Assembly: GCA_035221665.1 (NCBI GenBank)
Contig: CM069161.1
Span: 5,022,001-5,086,000, forward strand
DNA: 64,000 nucleotides
Direction: 5' to 3'
Source: Okamejei kenojei
Taxonomy: Eukaryota
Of the stretch, positions 10,695 through 23,325 are shown piece after piece. The position numbers were made by a program, and so were the translations under genes. The notes below the pieces were generated by a model. It worked only from the letters and a program-made list of their open reading frames with translations. It made no database searches and was not told the DNA's origin. The stretch's first letter is position 1. Each line of letters begins with the position of its first letter.

Positions 10695-12561
10695 AGAAAA
10701 ATACTGAGAACGTAAGATGTCTGAAATTAAATCTCAGTAGAGAGTTAATGTTTCAGATTAATGAGGACACCTGAGTGAGATTTTTTAATGGTGGACTATG
10801 TACTGGCGAAGTGTGATAATATTGTTTTTGTATAGAGCTTCATAACAGCAGGGACACTAAATATAACAGTGATAATGCAGCCTAGCGGAACACCATATTC
10901 AGCGATATTGCACAGATACAGTAAATTCAATTTTTATTTTGGTCTTGAAATGTGGGTACTTTGTTAACCACTTGCTTAAACTCACCAAGATGTTCTACTC
11001 TTGGTCTAAAGTTTAAAAAAAAAATCCCAGTCACTCAATTTATAAATAGTGGCAGTCAACCAGAAATTAAATATTCTAATTTCTGTATGAAAGCAATTAT
11101 TAATCTAGAATCTGTTGTAGTCTGAATGATAAAGTGATCTGAGATGGAAAATATTACAATTTAACCTATCAATCTTTAAAAAATGAAATCTACATAAATC
11201 CTAAATTATTAATGAAGTTCATAATTGCTTGGTACACTACATTAGAATTGTTATATCCCTGCCCTAAATTAGTGTCCTAATATAAATTAATACAATTATT
11301 TTTGTGTGTTTTGGTGCTGAAGAATCAGTCCGTCTAGAATCTGCAAAAGTCATGTCTCAAATCATCATCTTGGCCCTCTGTACTGTCCCTTGTGTAAGTT
11401 TGATTTTTAACATTTATTAAATATCAGTTTGTGTCGACTAACAGCCGGGGACATTGTCTCACTATTAAAATGTTAAAATTTCTGTATTACATTCGATGAA
11501 AAATGGGTTTGATCTAGTGGGAAATGGCTATTTATGCTTCTGAAATGGAATTGGCCACCCTGACATTTTCTGAGCCCTGTAGGCAAATGTAACCTTCAGG
11601 AAAGTATGACCAGCAATGCTCAGTCTGTGAAAACCATTGCACTAACAACAGTTTTTCATCTGTGAAAACAATCATAATGGGGAATGAAATGGATGAGTTG
11701 AAATGACAATTCATGTGTCCCCAGAATAAATTAGGGTAATATGCTATCACGGTAGAGCAATACATTGCAATTTCAAAAACTAATAAATAATGTATCTTGA
11801 CTTACAATTCATTATCATATATTGATCTTCATTCGTCATTATGCAACTCTCATCTTTCAGATAAGAGCAACTTAATTAAACTTTTGACTACCAACTCTTT
11901 TGAAATGTTATTTCTGCCTGTAGATCTTAGTTACATTGCTTGTAGATAAGTCAATTCTACAGTTTTCAGTGTTTACTGCATTCCATTGTTACATAAAATG
12001 AGAATAGTTTTCCCATCACTGCATGCAGCAAGTTAAGCAGTATAACATAGGATTTGGAAATAAAAATATTGCATACCCTGCTGCTACCAAAGATACTTGC
12101 CTCATAGATATTTTGTTAATGAAGCTGTTTAACTTCCTTTTTACCAAAGATTGTCAAAGTTACAAACACATCAAGGTGGAACATGTTTATTTGTGAGATA
12201 GTAGAACATGTACTTTGAACTCCTCTTTTGAAATTTGGGTTTGATTGAAGCGCAAGGCATCGTGCGATGGTAAAAATATTATATTTGTGACGAAGGATGA
12301 ATTTCAACCCCTTTATTCTCGCTTTCTAACATAATATCTATTCCTAATACACTTTTAGTTCCACCTTTCTGAAAGGATAAATAAGAAGAAATGTTTTGCT
12401 TGGGCGGGAGGCTCAGGAACCAAAGGACATGGATTTATGGTAATGGGTTAAAACAAAATAGAAAAGAAGGCAAGGAGAATTTATATTTATGCAGAGAATT
12501 ACTATAGTCTGGAACATGAAAGGGTGGCAGAAGCAAATTCAATAAAGCACACAAAAGAGAA

Positions 12562-13256
12562 TCAGATGAGGCTCTATAAGGCGCTGGTCAGTCTGCATTT
12601 GGAGTACTGTGAGCAAATCTGGGCCCCATCTGAGGAAGGATGTGCTGGCTCTCGAGAGGGTCCAAATGAGGTTTACATAGAAACATAGAAAAATAGAAAA
12701 TAGGTGCAGGAGTAGGCCATTCGGCCCTTCGAGCCTGCACCGCAATTCAATATGATCATGGCTGATCATCCAACTCAGTATCCTGTACCTGCCTTCTCTC
12801 CATACCCACTGATCCCTTTAGCCACAAGGGCCACATCTAATTCCCTCTTAAATATAGCCAATGAACTGGCCTCAACTACCTTCTGTGGCAGAGAATTCCA
12901 GAGACTCACCACTCTCCGTGTGAAAAATGTTTTCCTCATCTCGGTCCTAAAGGAATTCCCCCTTATCCTTAGACTGTGACCCCTTGTTCTGGACCTCCCC
13001 AACATCGGGAACAATCTTCCTGCATCTAGCCTGTCCAACCGCTTAAGAATTTTGTAAGTTTCTATAAGATCCGCCCTCAATCTTCTAAATTCTAGCGAGT
13101 ACAAGCCGAGTCTATCCAGTCTTTCCTCATACGAAAGTTATGGGGAGAAGGCAGGAAAATGGGATTAGAGGCAGAGATCAGCAATGATTGAATGGCGGAA
13201 TAGAATCGATAGGCCAAATAGCCTAATTCTACTTCTATAACTTGTGAAATTGTGAG
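12562..13256 (+). mobile_element. Older CR1 fragment (12562-12676 and 13138-13256) interrupted by a younger CR1
   Basis: ctctataaggcgctggtcagtctgcatttggagtactgtg (LYKALVSLHLEYC) on the left, CR1 tail ttatggggagaaggcagg on the right. Confidence 0.75.
12677..13137 (-). mobile_element. Young 5'-truncated CR1/HER1 LINE
   Basis: ORF 12775-13104 (YSLEFRRLRADLIETYKILK...RGHSLRIRG...WNSLPQKVVEA) with a (TTCTATGT)-type tail. Nearly identical to 23931-24395. Confidence 0.95.
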
Positions 13257-13427
13257 ATATGTTATTGAAAAGAAGGAACATCCAGGACAATAAGAAAACT
13301 GCAGAGGTGCGGAATTAATCAGATAGTTTCCTCAAAAAGATGATGGAGCCACAGTGGACCAAATTGCCTTTGCCCTGATCATCCAAAATCGTTCTCCTTT
13401 TTCTCCTTTTTCTCCATCTGCCATTTC

Positions 13428-13938
13428 TTCAAGGATTCAAGGTCAGTTTATTGTCACATGTACCAATTTAGGTACAGTGAAGGTTTGAGTTACCATACAG
13501 CCATACTCAGTGAAAAGCAACAAGACACACACCCACAAAAAAGTTAACATAAACATCCATCCCAGTGGATTCCACATTCCTCACTGTGATGGAAGGCAAT
13601 AAAGTTCAATCTTCTCCTTCTAGTTCTCCCGCGGTCGGGGCGATCAAAGCCCCCGCAGCCAACGATTGAAGCCCCCACGTCGGGGTGGTTGAAACTCTCT
13701 GCGGCATGGAGCTCCCGAGTCGGCCTCTTCTTACCAGATGCTAAAGTCCACAGGCCCTGCGGTTGGAGTTTCGATTCCTGGCAAAGAGATCGCAAGCTCC
13801 GCGATGTGAAAGTTCCACAGATTCCCGCGGCTTAGAGCGCCGGGCCAGTCTCCAGGAAAGGCCGCTAACCCCACGATGTTAGGCCGCAGTGGGGACGGAG
13901 ATACGATACGGAAAAAAATTGCATCTCCATCTTCGCCC
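13428..13938 (-). mobile_element. Non-autonomous CpG-rich retroposon with Rex1/Babar-type 3' tail
   Basis: Minus strand ends cactgtacctaaattggtacatgtgacaataaactgaccttgaatccttgaa, like the Rex1 tail at ~36990-37025. The body is CpG-rich and non-coding and starts ...GAAGATGGAG. Confidence 0.6.
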
Positions 13939-14599
13939 ATTTGTGTCGCTGTTCTATATCCTATTGTATATTTTGACAGCCTTCCTCACAGTCTGCAACT
14001 CCAGCAATCACGGTTTGTCTGCAAACTTACTAACCAACTCATCTACATGTCTGAGAAAAGTTTCAACCCGAAACTTCACCTATCCATCTTCTCCATTGGC
14101 TTCTTCCGTTGACTTACTCCAGCACTTTGTATCTTTTTTTAACCTAGATGTCTAAGTCATTTATATATATATCACAAACAACAAAGTTCCTAGCACAGAG
14201 ACATTTAGGAGGCCTTTAGATCGCCACATAGATATGCGGGGAATGGAGGAGTATGGATCATGTGGACTCAGATGAAAATAGTTAATCTTTGCATCATATT
14301 TGGCACAGACATTGTGAGCCTGTACTTGCAGAACTTTTCATGTTCAAAAATATTATTTTCCATTGAATCTCAAATGACCAGCCTCAGGGCATATTGCCAC
14401 CTAGGGTCTAGGCATTGACCATTCAGCATCACAGTGGTTTTGTGTATCCTCTTCCAGTCCTGTGCCAAACATTAGTCTCCTTCAACGACATAAAATGGCA
14501 CATCCCCAAAGCACAATTAGTTTATACATTGTATTTATAGTTTAAGCTTCGTGAGATACCTGTTTAGAAGTTCTGCATAATGATAAAAGCATGTGCTGG

Positions 14600-15235
14600 T
14601 TACATAAGAACAGAAAAATAGGAGCAAGCGTAGGCCATATGAGCCTTGACCTGCTCTGTCATTTATAAATATTATGTCTGATCTAATCGCCAGCCTCAAC
14701 TCCACTCGGTTGCCAGTTCCCTGTAATCCTTGCATCACGTGAACAAGGACTTGCTTCTCGCTTCATGTGAACAAGGAATTTTGTTTCATTCCTGGTGTGT
14801 GTGACAAATAAACTAATCTGATCTGATCTGATCTGTATTTGTCCATTTCAATCTCCAGTGTACTTAATAACTAACTCTTAATCTGGAGCTCTCTTTAGTT
14901 AATAATTCCAAAGATTCACAACAGTCAGAGAAGAAATTCCTCCTCACCACAATCTTCCCTAATGTCCCTAATCGCTGAAATTATACTGCTTAGTTCTAGA
15001 TTCCCAGGGAATCTTATTATAGACCTCAGGGAAACACCCTCATAGCATCCCCACTCCCCTGTTCGATACACTCACATTGTAATATTTCAATGAGATCACC
15101 TCAAATTCTTTGAAATTTCATGGTGCATTGGCCCAACCTACTCAACCTTCTCTCCCCTTCCTACCTGGAATTAGTCCAATGACCCTTAGCTGCCCTGCCT
15201 CCAGAGTAAATTCACTCCATGAAATAAAGACACTG
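14600..15235 (-). mobile_element. Old CR1 fragment with small Rex1-tail insertion (~14740-14835)
   Basis: cataagaacagaaaaataggagcaagcgtaggcc (reverse tail), ttccaaagattcacaac...gaagaaattcctcctca, tgagatcacctcaaattctt. Confidence 0.65.
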
Positions 15236-15426
15236 AAATGACACATCTTCAAAGCACAATTAGATAATACATTTTATTTATAGTTTAAGTTGAAAGAGAT
15301 ATTTGGTTTAGAAGTTCTGCATAATCATAAAAGTACGCGCTGGTTACTTCAGAACAGACAAAATAGGAGCAGGACTAAACCATATGAAGTCTTAACCTGC
15401 ATATATAAACCCTTGAACAGTTGTAA

Positions 15427-15727
15427 TAGTTTAGTTTAGTTTAGAGATACAGCGCGGAAACAGGCCTATCGGCCCACCGGGTCCACGCTGACCAGCGATC
15501 CCACACATTAACACTAGGGACAATTTTTACATTTACCAAGCCAATTAACCCACAAACCCAAACGAATGTAGGAGGAAACTGAAGATCTCGGTGAAAACCC
15601 ACGCAGGTCACGGGGAGAACGTACAAACTCCGTACAGACAGCACCCGTAGTCGGGATCGAACTCGGATCTCCAGCACTGCATTCGCTGTAAGGCAGCAAC
15701 TCTACCGCTGCGCCACCGTGACTGCCC
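15427..15727 (-). mobile_element. HE1-type tRNA-derived V-SINE
   Basis: Minus strand GGGCAGTCACGGTGGCGCAGCGGTAGAG (A box)...GAGTTCGATCCC (B box), V-domain gagtttgtacgttctccccgtgacctgcgtggg, CR1-like tail and (TAAAC)n. Confidence 0.92.
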
Positions 15728-16044
15728 ATATTTTTATACTTCATCCACATACAATACAGACTAACATTCAGTTAATTTCCTATTTACTTGTTGTGCCTGC
15801 GTGCTAATTTTGTGTTCCATATCTTCCTGCTCATGATTCCTACACTATTTCAATTATATTCAGCTTTTCTATTCTGTTTACCAAAATATGTAACCTCACA
15901 TTTTGCCACCTGACACAATATCTGCCATCAAAAAGATAATAATTTACCGAACTTGTATATACTTATTGTGATTGAAAACTAGGAATTTTCTATGGTAGAA
16001 CATCCCAGAGTTTTTCCAGCAACTTTCCCACAAAATTATAAGTA

Positions 16045-16715
16045 GTTAGATACGGTAGGTAGTAAGAATCATTTTTCCCATGGTTGGATGCCAAAAACGA
16101 GAGGGCAAAGGTTTAAGGTGAGAGCTAGATGTATTGAAGGGGATCTGAGGAGGAACTTTCAATGCACAGATATTGGTGCTGTCGTTGTGGAGTTTGCATG
16201 TTATCCCAGTGAATGCACGGGTTTTTCCTGGAGGCTCTGATTTAATTCCACATCCCAAGGAAGTGTGTGCTGGGGGGTTAATTTGTCATGGTACATTGCC
16301 TTTAATGAGTGCTGGATATGTGTGGAGTGGTCGATGGGGGGGGGGGGGGGGGGGGGGGGGGGATGAGAAGGAGTGGATGGGAGTGTAAGGAGAATAAAGA
16401 ATGAGATTAATGTGAAAGAGTGCTTGATAATCAGCGGAGACTTGGTGACCCACAGGGCCTGCTTTGTGTTGTGTTGTCCTTCTATGTATATTTTTGTATT
16501 GTATTGTTTATTATTGTCGTGTGTGCCAAGATACAGTGAAAAACTTTGTTTGTGCGCTATCCAGTTAAATCAAATCATACTGTACATAAGTGCAATCAAG
16601 CCACTTTAGAGGTTAATTGGCTTTTGGTAAAACTGTAAATTGTCCCTACTGTATAGGATGGTGCTAACTGGAAGGGTGTGTTTACACTCTGTATCTCTAA
16701 GCTCCAGTCTAAAAC
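16045..16715 (+). mobile_element. Cluster of decayed CR1, V-SINE and Rex1-tail fragments with poly-G tract (16336-16362)
   Basis: CR1 (gagggcaaaggtttaaggtgagag), V-domain (gtggagtttgcatgttatccc), reverse Rex1 tail (gtttattattgtcgtgtgtgcc). Confidence 0.65.
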
Positions 16716-17629
16716 ATCATCGGGCCAATGATTTAAAAAACTCAATATGTGAAGTTTGCACATTTAAGCTGCATATCCCGACAGAGTTATAGTGCGAAAC
16801 AAATTCTTGTCATCCTCACGCAACATTCCTACAATATTGCATCGTTGAAATCACTCTGACTTTTTTATACTATTAGATGAGATATTACAGATGTCAGTCT
16901 CATCCAGTAATAACATCAGAAAATTCTGGAAATTCTCAGCAGTCAGGCAGCGTCTGGGGAGACAGAAAAAGTTATTATTTCAGGTCATCAGAACTGACAA
17001 AGGTTTAAGGGACTAACAAGGTTTTTTTCCTATTTATATTTTAGAACACATGCATTATGTTGCCCTTGAAGTACTTAGTTTCACTGAAGTGGTTGAGTGC
17101 CTTTGCCTCGGAATGGAAGCTTTTATAAAATGTAACAATCCTCTCCTCCGCCCCTGCCTAGGTAATTAGGAATTGGACAGGTTGGTGTTCAATTAACATC
17201 AATAAACTGCTCAACCATTTGGTTAGCTGTTTATGAGTTAATCTAACAATGCTCCTAGCATTGATTGATTCCTTACGAAATGTTCCACTCTATCTTCCTC
17301 CTTTTGCATACAAAAGCAGACCCAATGGTAAGTGTTGTAACTCTAATGTCATGTCAATAAATGATAAATATTGATGGATTTGTGGCTAATTAGTTAACTA
17401 ATTTATGTCAAAAGCATGAATCAAAAGCATCAAAAGAGAGACAACTTGTTTCTCCTGATATTGGTAATTGGTGGATGAAGACAGTAAGAGCAACAGTGAT
17501 ACTGGAGATAAAATGAGTGGCTCCTCCACAGAACTAATTTTGATCTGGAATTTCCTCTGCTTGTGCAAGCCCAGCGGTTTTTGAGAGCCATTTGATGTGG
17601 TATGTGATAAATCCCATTCTGTTTTAATT

Positions 17630-18040
17630 GCAGAAGGACCTACATTTACATAGTGCTTGACAAATTCATTCGAGGCCAACCCAAAGCACTTCACAGCCAA
17701 TTTTTGTCAAACATTTTATTGCCAATATAGTAACAATGCCCTGAGCACCTACTCACAGCAACAAATCCATGACAAAATAATCAAATTGATTTGATGCTTG
17801 AGGGATAAATATTGGTCAGACCTTCAGTGGAATAACTTCTTTGAACTTTAAGGTATCGTCATCAATAGAGCCTTCTACATTCATAGAGAGCAGATTCATT
17901 TAGTAGATAAGCACCTCCAGCAGTGCAGCACTCGCTTGGTACTCCTGTGGACTATCACTCTAGTACTCAGATCTGCTGAATTTGACCTTGAACTCCAAAT
18001 TTTACTCTATGACAAGAGTGGTTCCAAATAGGTCATGGCC
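17630..18040 (-). mobile_element. Ancient DeuSINE (SacSINE1/AmnSINE1-like)
   Basis: Recalled Deu-domain landmarks occur in the expected order: cccaaagcacttcacagccaat, tgagggataaatattggtcag, gcacctccagcagtgcagcactc, cttgaac. Confidence 0.7.
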
Positions 18041-18344
18041 AACACTATACGTGAACTGTGAGACTGCAAGATTATTTTGTATTTTTGCAATGTATTATTT
18101 GATTCTATTCAATTATACTTAGAATAATTGACTGTGAAAAAATTCAAACTCAACTCAGAGTAAACAAAAAGGATTAATGGGGAATATTATAAATGGGTGG
18201 TTGATGATTAGCACAGAATCTGTTTATGTGTTATATCTCTACAAATTTATGATTTTAACAGCGGTTTACAGGCACCATAGTTTCCTATTCTAATCATATT
18301 TTCACTAAGTTCTCAAACACTAAGACCATGGTATAAGAGGCAGA

Positions 18345-18470
18345 ACCAAGGAATTGCAGATGCTGGTTTAGGAAGTAAGATACAAAGTGCTGGAGTAACT
18401 CAGCGGGTCAGGCATCATCTCTAGAGAACATGGATGGGTGTCTTTTCAGGTTAGGATCTTTCTTGAGACT
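18345..18470 (-). mobile_element. Penelope pLTR-derived fragment
   Basis: aaggaattgcagatgctgg...caaagtgctggagtaactcagcgggtcaggca. The same module recurs at ~23525-23660, 30790-31015, 45170-45320, 47970-48050, 52088-52185, 52755-52880 and 56715-56820. Confidence 0.75.
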
Positions 18471-19094
18471 GGTATAAGATGCATATTGGGCTAATTTCTA
18501 TTAATTACTATTTCGCCATATTTTTGATACGGTTAAAGATCCAGAATGGAAGTGGAAGAAAGCAGTAAAACTGAATCTTTCTCTGGGTCACGACAAAGAC
18601 ATCACTCAACTCCCCTCTGGGTCCTTTTGCTAACAATTTATTCTATCCATGGTTTGCATATTGTAAATAGAAACACTCTAATTAGATGCACATTAGAATG
18701 CAGTAAAATTTAAATGGAATTTTAATACATCTCATTTAAGAATCTATATAGTGTAATAATGTTTGGCCAGTTTTAACTCGGTAATACCATTTTTACCTGA
18801 GCTGTGGCTTTAATACAGCACCCCCCCCCCCCCAGGCATACATTGGTGCAATTCTGATGGTGTTCTGCCTTGTAAGTTCAAGCGTGTCAGGGGTTATGGA
18901 GAGAAGGCAGGAGAATGGGGTTGAGAGGGAAAGATAGATCAGCCATGATAGAATGGCAGAGTAGGCATGATATGCGCAATGCCTTAATTCTGCTGATATA
19001 CCTTATGAACTTATGTCAGGAGGGCTGACTAACCAATGACTTGTTTAGTTGTTCAAGGAGGTGTCATGTCAGAATCAGCATCACCAAACTTTGC

Positions 19095-19782
19095 TCCCTC
19101 CCCAGTTACTTTCCCCTGCAACCACAGGAGATGCAACACCTGTCCCTATACTTCCTCCTTCAACACTGTCCAGGGACCCCTACACTCCTTTCAGGTTAGG
19201 CAGAGATTCACGTGCACCTCCTCCAATCTCATCTACTGTAACCGTTGTTCTAGATGTGGACTCTTATACAATGGCAAGACCAAACATAGATTGGCGATGG
19301 TTTCGCTGAACCCTTTCGCTCAGTCCGCCTGGACCTACCTGACCTCCCGATTGCCAAACACTTGAATTCTCCTTCCCATTCCCACACTGACCTTTCTGAC
19401 ATAGGCCTCCTCCATTGTCAGAGTGAGGCTAAACGCAAATTCGAGGAACAGCATCTCATATTTTGCTTGGGCAGCTTACAACCCAGTGGTTTGATTATTG
19501 CTTTCTCTAACTTCAAGTAATCCCTGCATTCCCTCTTTCTCCATCCCTCCCCCACCCAAGTAAGGTTCTCGGTCTCACCTCGCAAACAGCTGACAATGGC
19601 CTGTCTCATTTAACATCGTTACCTTTTTGCATATATTTCATTCATTTGTTCTTTATCTCTCTACATCACTGTATATATCTCTCATTTCCCTTTCCCCTGA
19701 CTAGTCTGAAGAAGGATCTGGGTTACTCCAGCATTTTGTGTCTGTCTTCGATTTAAACCTGCATCTGCAGTTCCTTCCCACA
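19095..19782 (+). mobile_element. Penelope-like element 3' fragment (GIY-YIG endonuclease remnant + pLTR)
   Basis: TFPCNHRRCNTCPYT...FQVRQRFTCTSSNLIYCNRCSRCGLLYNGKTKHRL is the CCHH-type linker plus GIY-YIG region. Confidence 0.92.
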
Positions 19783-21399
19783 CCAAAATTTACTTCATTC
19801 CCTGACAGCAGCTTCTAACATTGATATAAAATGAAGTGCTCAGTAATCTCCTTAAGATGTTAACAATAGCAAGGAAATTGATGAATATAAAGAGAATAAT
19901 TCTAAATTTGAGCATGTTTAATAATTGATATATATATATAATTTACTTTAATTAAAATAGGTTATAGGGAGAAGGCATGAGAATGGGGCTAGGAGGGTGA
20001 GAAAGATCAGCCATGATTGAATTGTGGAGTTGACTTGATGGGCCAAATGGCCTAATTCTGCTCCTATCACTTATGATCTTATGAAAAGTGCATTGAAAGC
20101 ATACAGCACAATGAAATTAACTAACTTTGTGATTCCCATGTAAAAGTTCTGAATTTGCTGGTGCTCTTTACCAGCCCCTTTCTGAGTCTTGGTCATCGAG
20201 TCATAGAGCGTGGATCCAGGCTCTTCAGCCCAACTTGCCTACGTCCCATCTACACTTGTCCCACCTGCCTGTGTTTGGCTCATATCCCTCCAAACCTGTC
20301 CTATCCATAGGTCTGGTCTTCATGGAGTTGAATAGCAAACTTCAAAGTTGTAACAATTTCTCAAGCGTTTTACCAAGGAATACATCTGAAAACTAAATTG
20401 TTTTACCGAGGAACACGCTTGAAAAGTAAATGTTTTAAAAATTGTTTTAAACTTTCTTATTTTACTTATTTTAGCAAAGATTTTGAATATCAGAAACATT
20501 CAAAAAATGTAACATGTTTGCCAGCTGGGTCAATGGGGATGGAGTGGGACTTGTTCTCACCCCTTTCTCCACGTGATGGTATTTTTGCTTGCAATGTCTT
20601 ATCCCAATATAGCCCCTTGCCACCGAGGACTGAGCAAGCACTTTGCAGGAATTCAACACTGGAGTATCTTGGATCACCAGCAGGTAAATTTGGACTTGCC
20701 AAATAACTGAGTGGCTATCAACTATGAGAAATTCTGGATCATCTGCAAAGCCACTAATTGCTGACTTGAGCACAATTAAAGGAAACATCCCCCATATCAG
20801 ATCTTTTAGGTCGCTCCCTGATTTCATCACTATTAACAACATACCAAAAAAAAATTGCAATCTGTTACTTTCAATCCATCTCAAGTTCTGAACCCTTCTC
20901 AAGTTATTCACATGTTTGTTATCACCTGCCCAGAGCCAGAGTGAAATATATATGTTGACTGACCATAAATTATACCGCTGCAGAATGCTCTCCCGTTACA
21001 TCAGGCGTTTAATTAGTGTGATAAGAAATCATCATTGCAATGGTACATTTGCTCTGTAGATCCGAAGGCAAATTTCTGATCCTCGGGCATTATAAGTTGG
21101 CAAAGAAAGCGTATTTCTCTCTCTCTCTCTCTCTATAGCACACACATATAGCTCAGAGATGTGAAAGAGAGCTTGTGTATGTATTTAATAAATAGTTTGA
21201 TGGTGTCAAAGTATGTTTTGGCGTGCAAAATATATATTTTAGCGGATGCTTTCACTGGCTGTCTGGCACAGCCTGCACATTTTGCTGTATTTATGCAGGC
21301 TGGTAATGACGGTGCAATGTTGTGTTTTTGGTCAGGAGCAGTGAGTTGGTGAGCATTCATAAGTGTTCCTGGACCAGACTGATAAACGCACGGCTCTTT

Positions 21400-22520
21400 A
21401 ATTGATAGCGGTGCATTGTTCTGCTCGGCTGCACATTCGTGCACTGGGTTTGATGTTTATTTTATTCTTTGCAGCGACTTCTGTAGATGTCTGCAAACGG
21501 GTGTGTGGGTGCAGGGGAGGCAGCAAATGGTCCTACAGGTGGGCGGTGCTGGTGCGCGCCCCCCCCCCCCCCCCCCCCCCCCCCACCACTTCCACGGGGG
21601 CGCGCACCGCACCTCGCCCACGCGCAAACACACGGGCTCGCCGCTCGGGAGCGCGCCTGCTTGCCGCTGTTCCTCATTCTCGGAGTGAGAGAATGTTAGA
21701 GGCGGCGAAGGAGGGAGTGCTCGGGATAAGCAAAGGAGGTAGGGCGACTTCTGTTTCATGCATATGTACATCAAGGAATACAAGCCTTTAGACGAGAGAA
21801 ATAATAATAACAATTGTATAATAATTAAACTATTGCCAACAATTTGAAATGCCAGCGCGATAATAATATTCAGTGCTAAAATCCTCTGGCTGATCTCCGA
21901 AATATTCGTGTATGGGACAGTGTGAGGCTGAAATCGTGCATATCCAACCTATTTTCGCCAATGCATATTTTTGAATACAGTGCAATGATCCTTAAATCTA
22001 TCAAACATTAGGTGGGAAGGTGAATAACCCTGAATATCTCAAAGATAAACTTGTGGCACGTTCGTACTCATTCCATTCCAGATACATTTCGCTTGGTTTA
22101 CAAGCTGGAGGTGGGTTATTTTTTTTTTCTACAAGGGAGCTTGGAAATAATCATGGACTGGTGCGTGTAGTTTAATTCTCGGGAAGGCGATGCGAATTCC
22201 CCCCGTCGTCTCTTCGCTTTCTTGCCCGCAAAAGTTTCGCCGCCGAGAAATTGCATTTAATTAGTAGTTTGTTAAATCGGTTGCAATCGTGCAAACCTTT
22301 GGGAATAATCGACTGTGTGATATCATTGGCGTCTGAAGCAGCATCCAGAAACGCCGGCTACTGATGGTGAGCCAGTTTAGTGAGGTAGATCGCAAGGTGC
22401 ATCTTCCCCCACCAAAAGCATCCTGATGATTTCGCTACACAACCGAAAGGAGGTCGTTTCTATTATACTTCGTTTTCGTGTTTTTTTTTGTGCGTTTTGC
22501 ATACGTGTATGTCTTCGCGA
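21400..22520 (+). promoter_or_regulatory. CpG-rich island; candidate host-gene promoter and non-coding first exon
   Basis: Repeat-free segment with dense CpGs in an otherwise CpG-depleted window. It includes a GC box (GGGCGG at 21541), a poly-C tract and a candidate donor GAG|GTAGGG at 21739. Confidence 0.55.
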
Positions 22521-22844
22521 TTGGCTGGAAAAATCAGAAAGAGAGGGAGGATTATTACCTGCATTCATCACTAAGGCAATATCCAATGGAAATTCGCTAT
22601 AGTTGAACTAACTTTGAGCCATTGACTTTAGAAGCACCGAGTTTAAAACTACATTGAACTTTAATTTTGACCCTCCAAGCAATTTTGAAATGGGGAATGT
22701 TACAATTATCACAATAGAGATTTTTTTTTCCTTTATTAAAGATACCTAATATGTATTTCCACATGTTATGGCAGGGTAAAGCAATTTGAACCCTTTGTTT
22801 AAAAAATACAGGTCTTGGTTGGAAATCATTGTGCTCAATTGGAA

Positions 22845-23325
22845 CGTATAACAGAGGAGCAAACCCTTTGGCCCACAATGTGCATGCTAAACATGATGTC
22901 AAGATAAACACTTATCTGCCTGTACACATTATCCATATCTCTCTGTTCTCTGCTTATCCAAAAGTCTCTCAAATGTCACTATCATATCTGCCTCCACCAC
23001 CACCCTAGGCAGAGAGTTCCAGGTATTTTTCACCCTCTGTGTAAAACAAAACCCCTTTACACTCTGCCCCTCTCACCTTTATGCCATGCCCTCTAGTATT
23101 TGATGTGTTCATCCTGGAAAATAGGTTCTGACTGTTTACCCTATCTATGCCTGTTAAGAGGTCTCCCCGCAGTCTCCAGCATCCCAGGGAATACAATCCA
23201 AGTCTGTCCAATCTCTCCCTGTAGCTGAAATCTTCTAATCCAGGCATCATTCTGCCAAACTTCCTCTGCACCCTTTCCAAAGCCTCCATACCCTCTTCAT
23301 AGTGGAGCGAACAGAAATGCATTGA
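22845..23325 (-). mobile_element. CR1/HER1 LINE 3' fragment
   Basis: ORF 23005-23322: EALERVQRKFGRMMPGLEDFSYRERLDRLGLYSLGCWRLRGDL. Confidence 0.9.

Noticed and set aside
20471-20911. 146-aa minus-strand ORF next to the CpG island
   Set aside because: No recognisable domain and no convincing splice signals; compatible with a chance ORF.
21402-21813. Poly-Pro/poly-Gly ORFs in several frames
   Set aside because: They result from the poly-C tract and high GC content, not evidence of coding.
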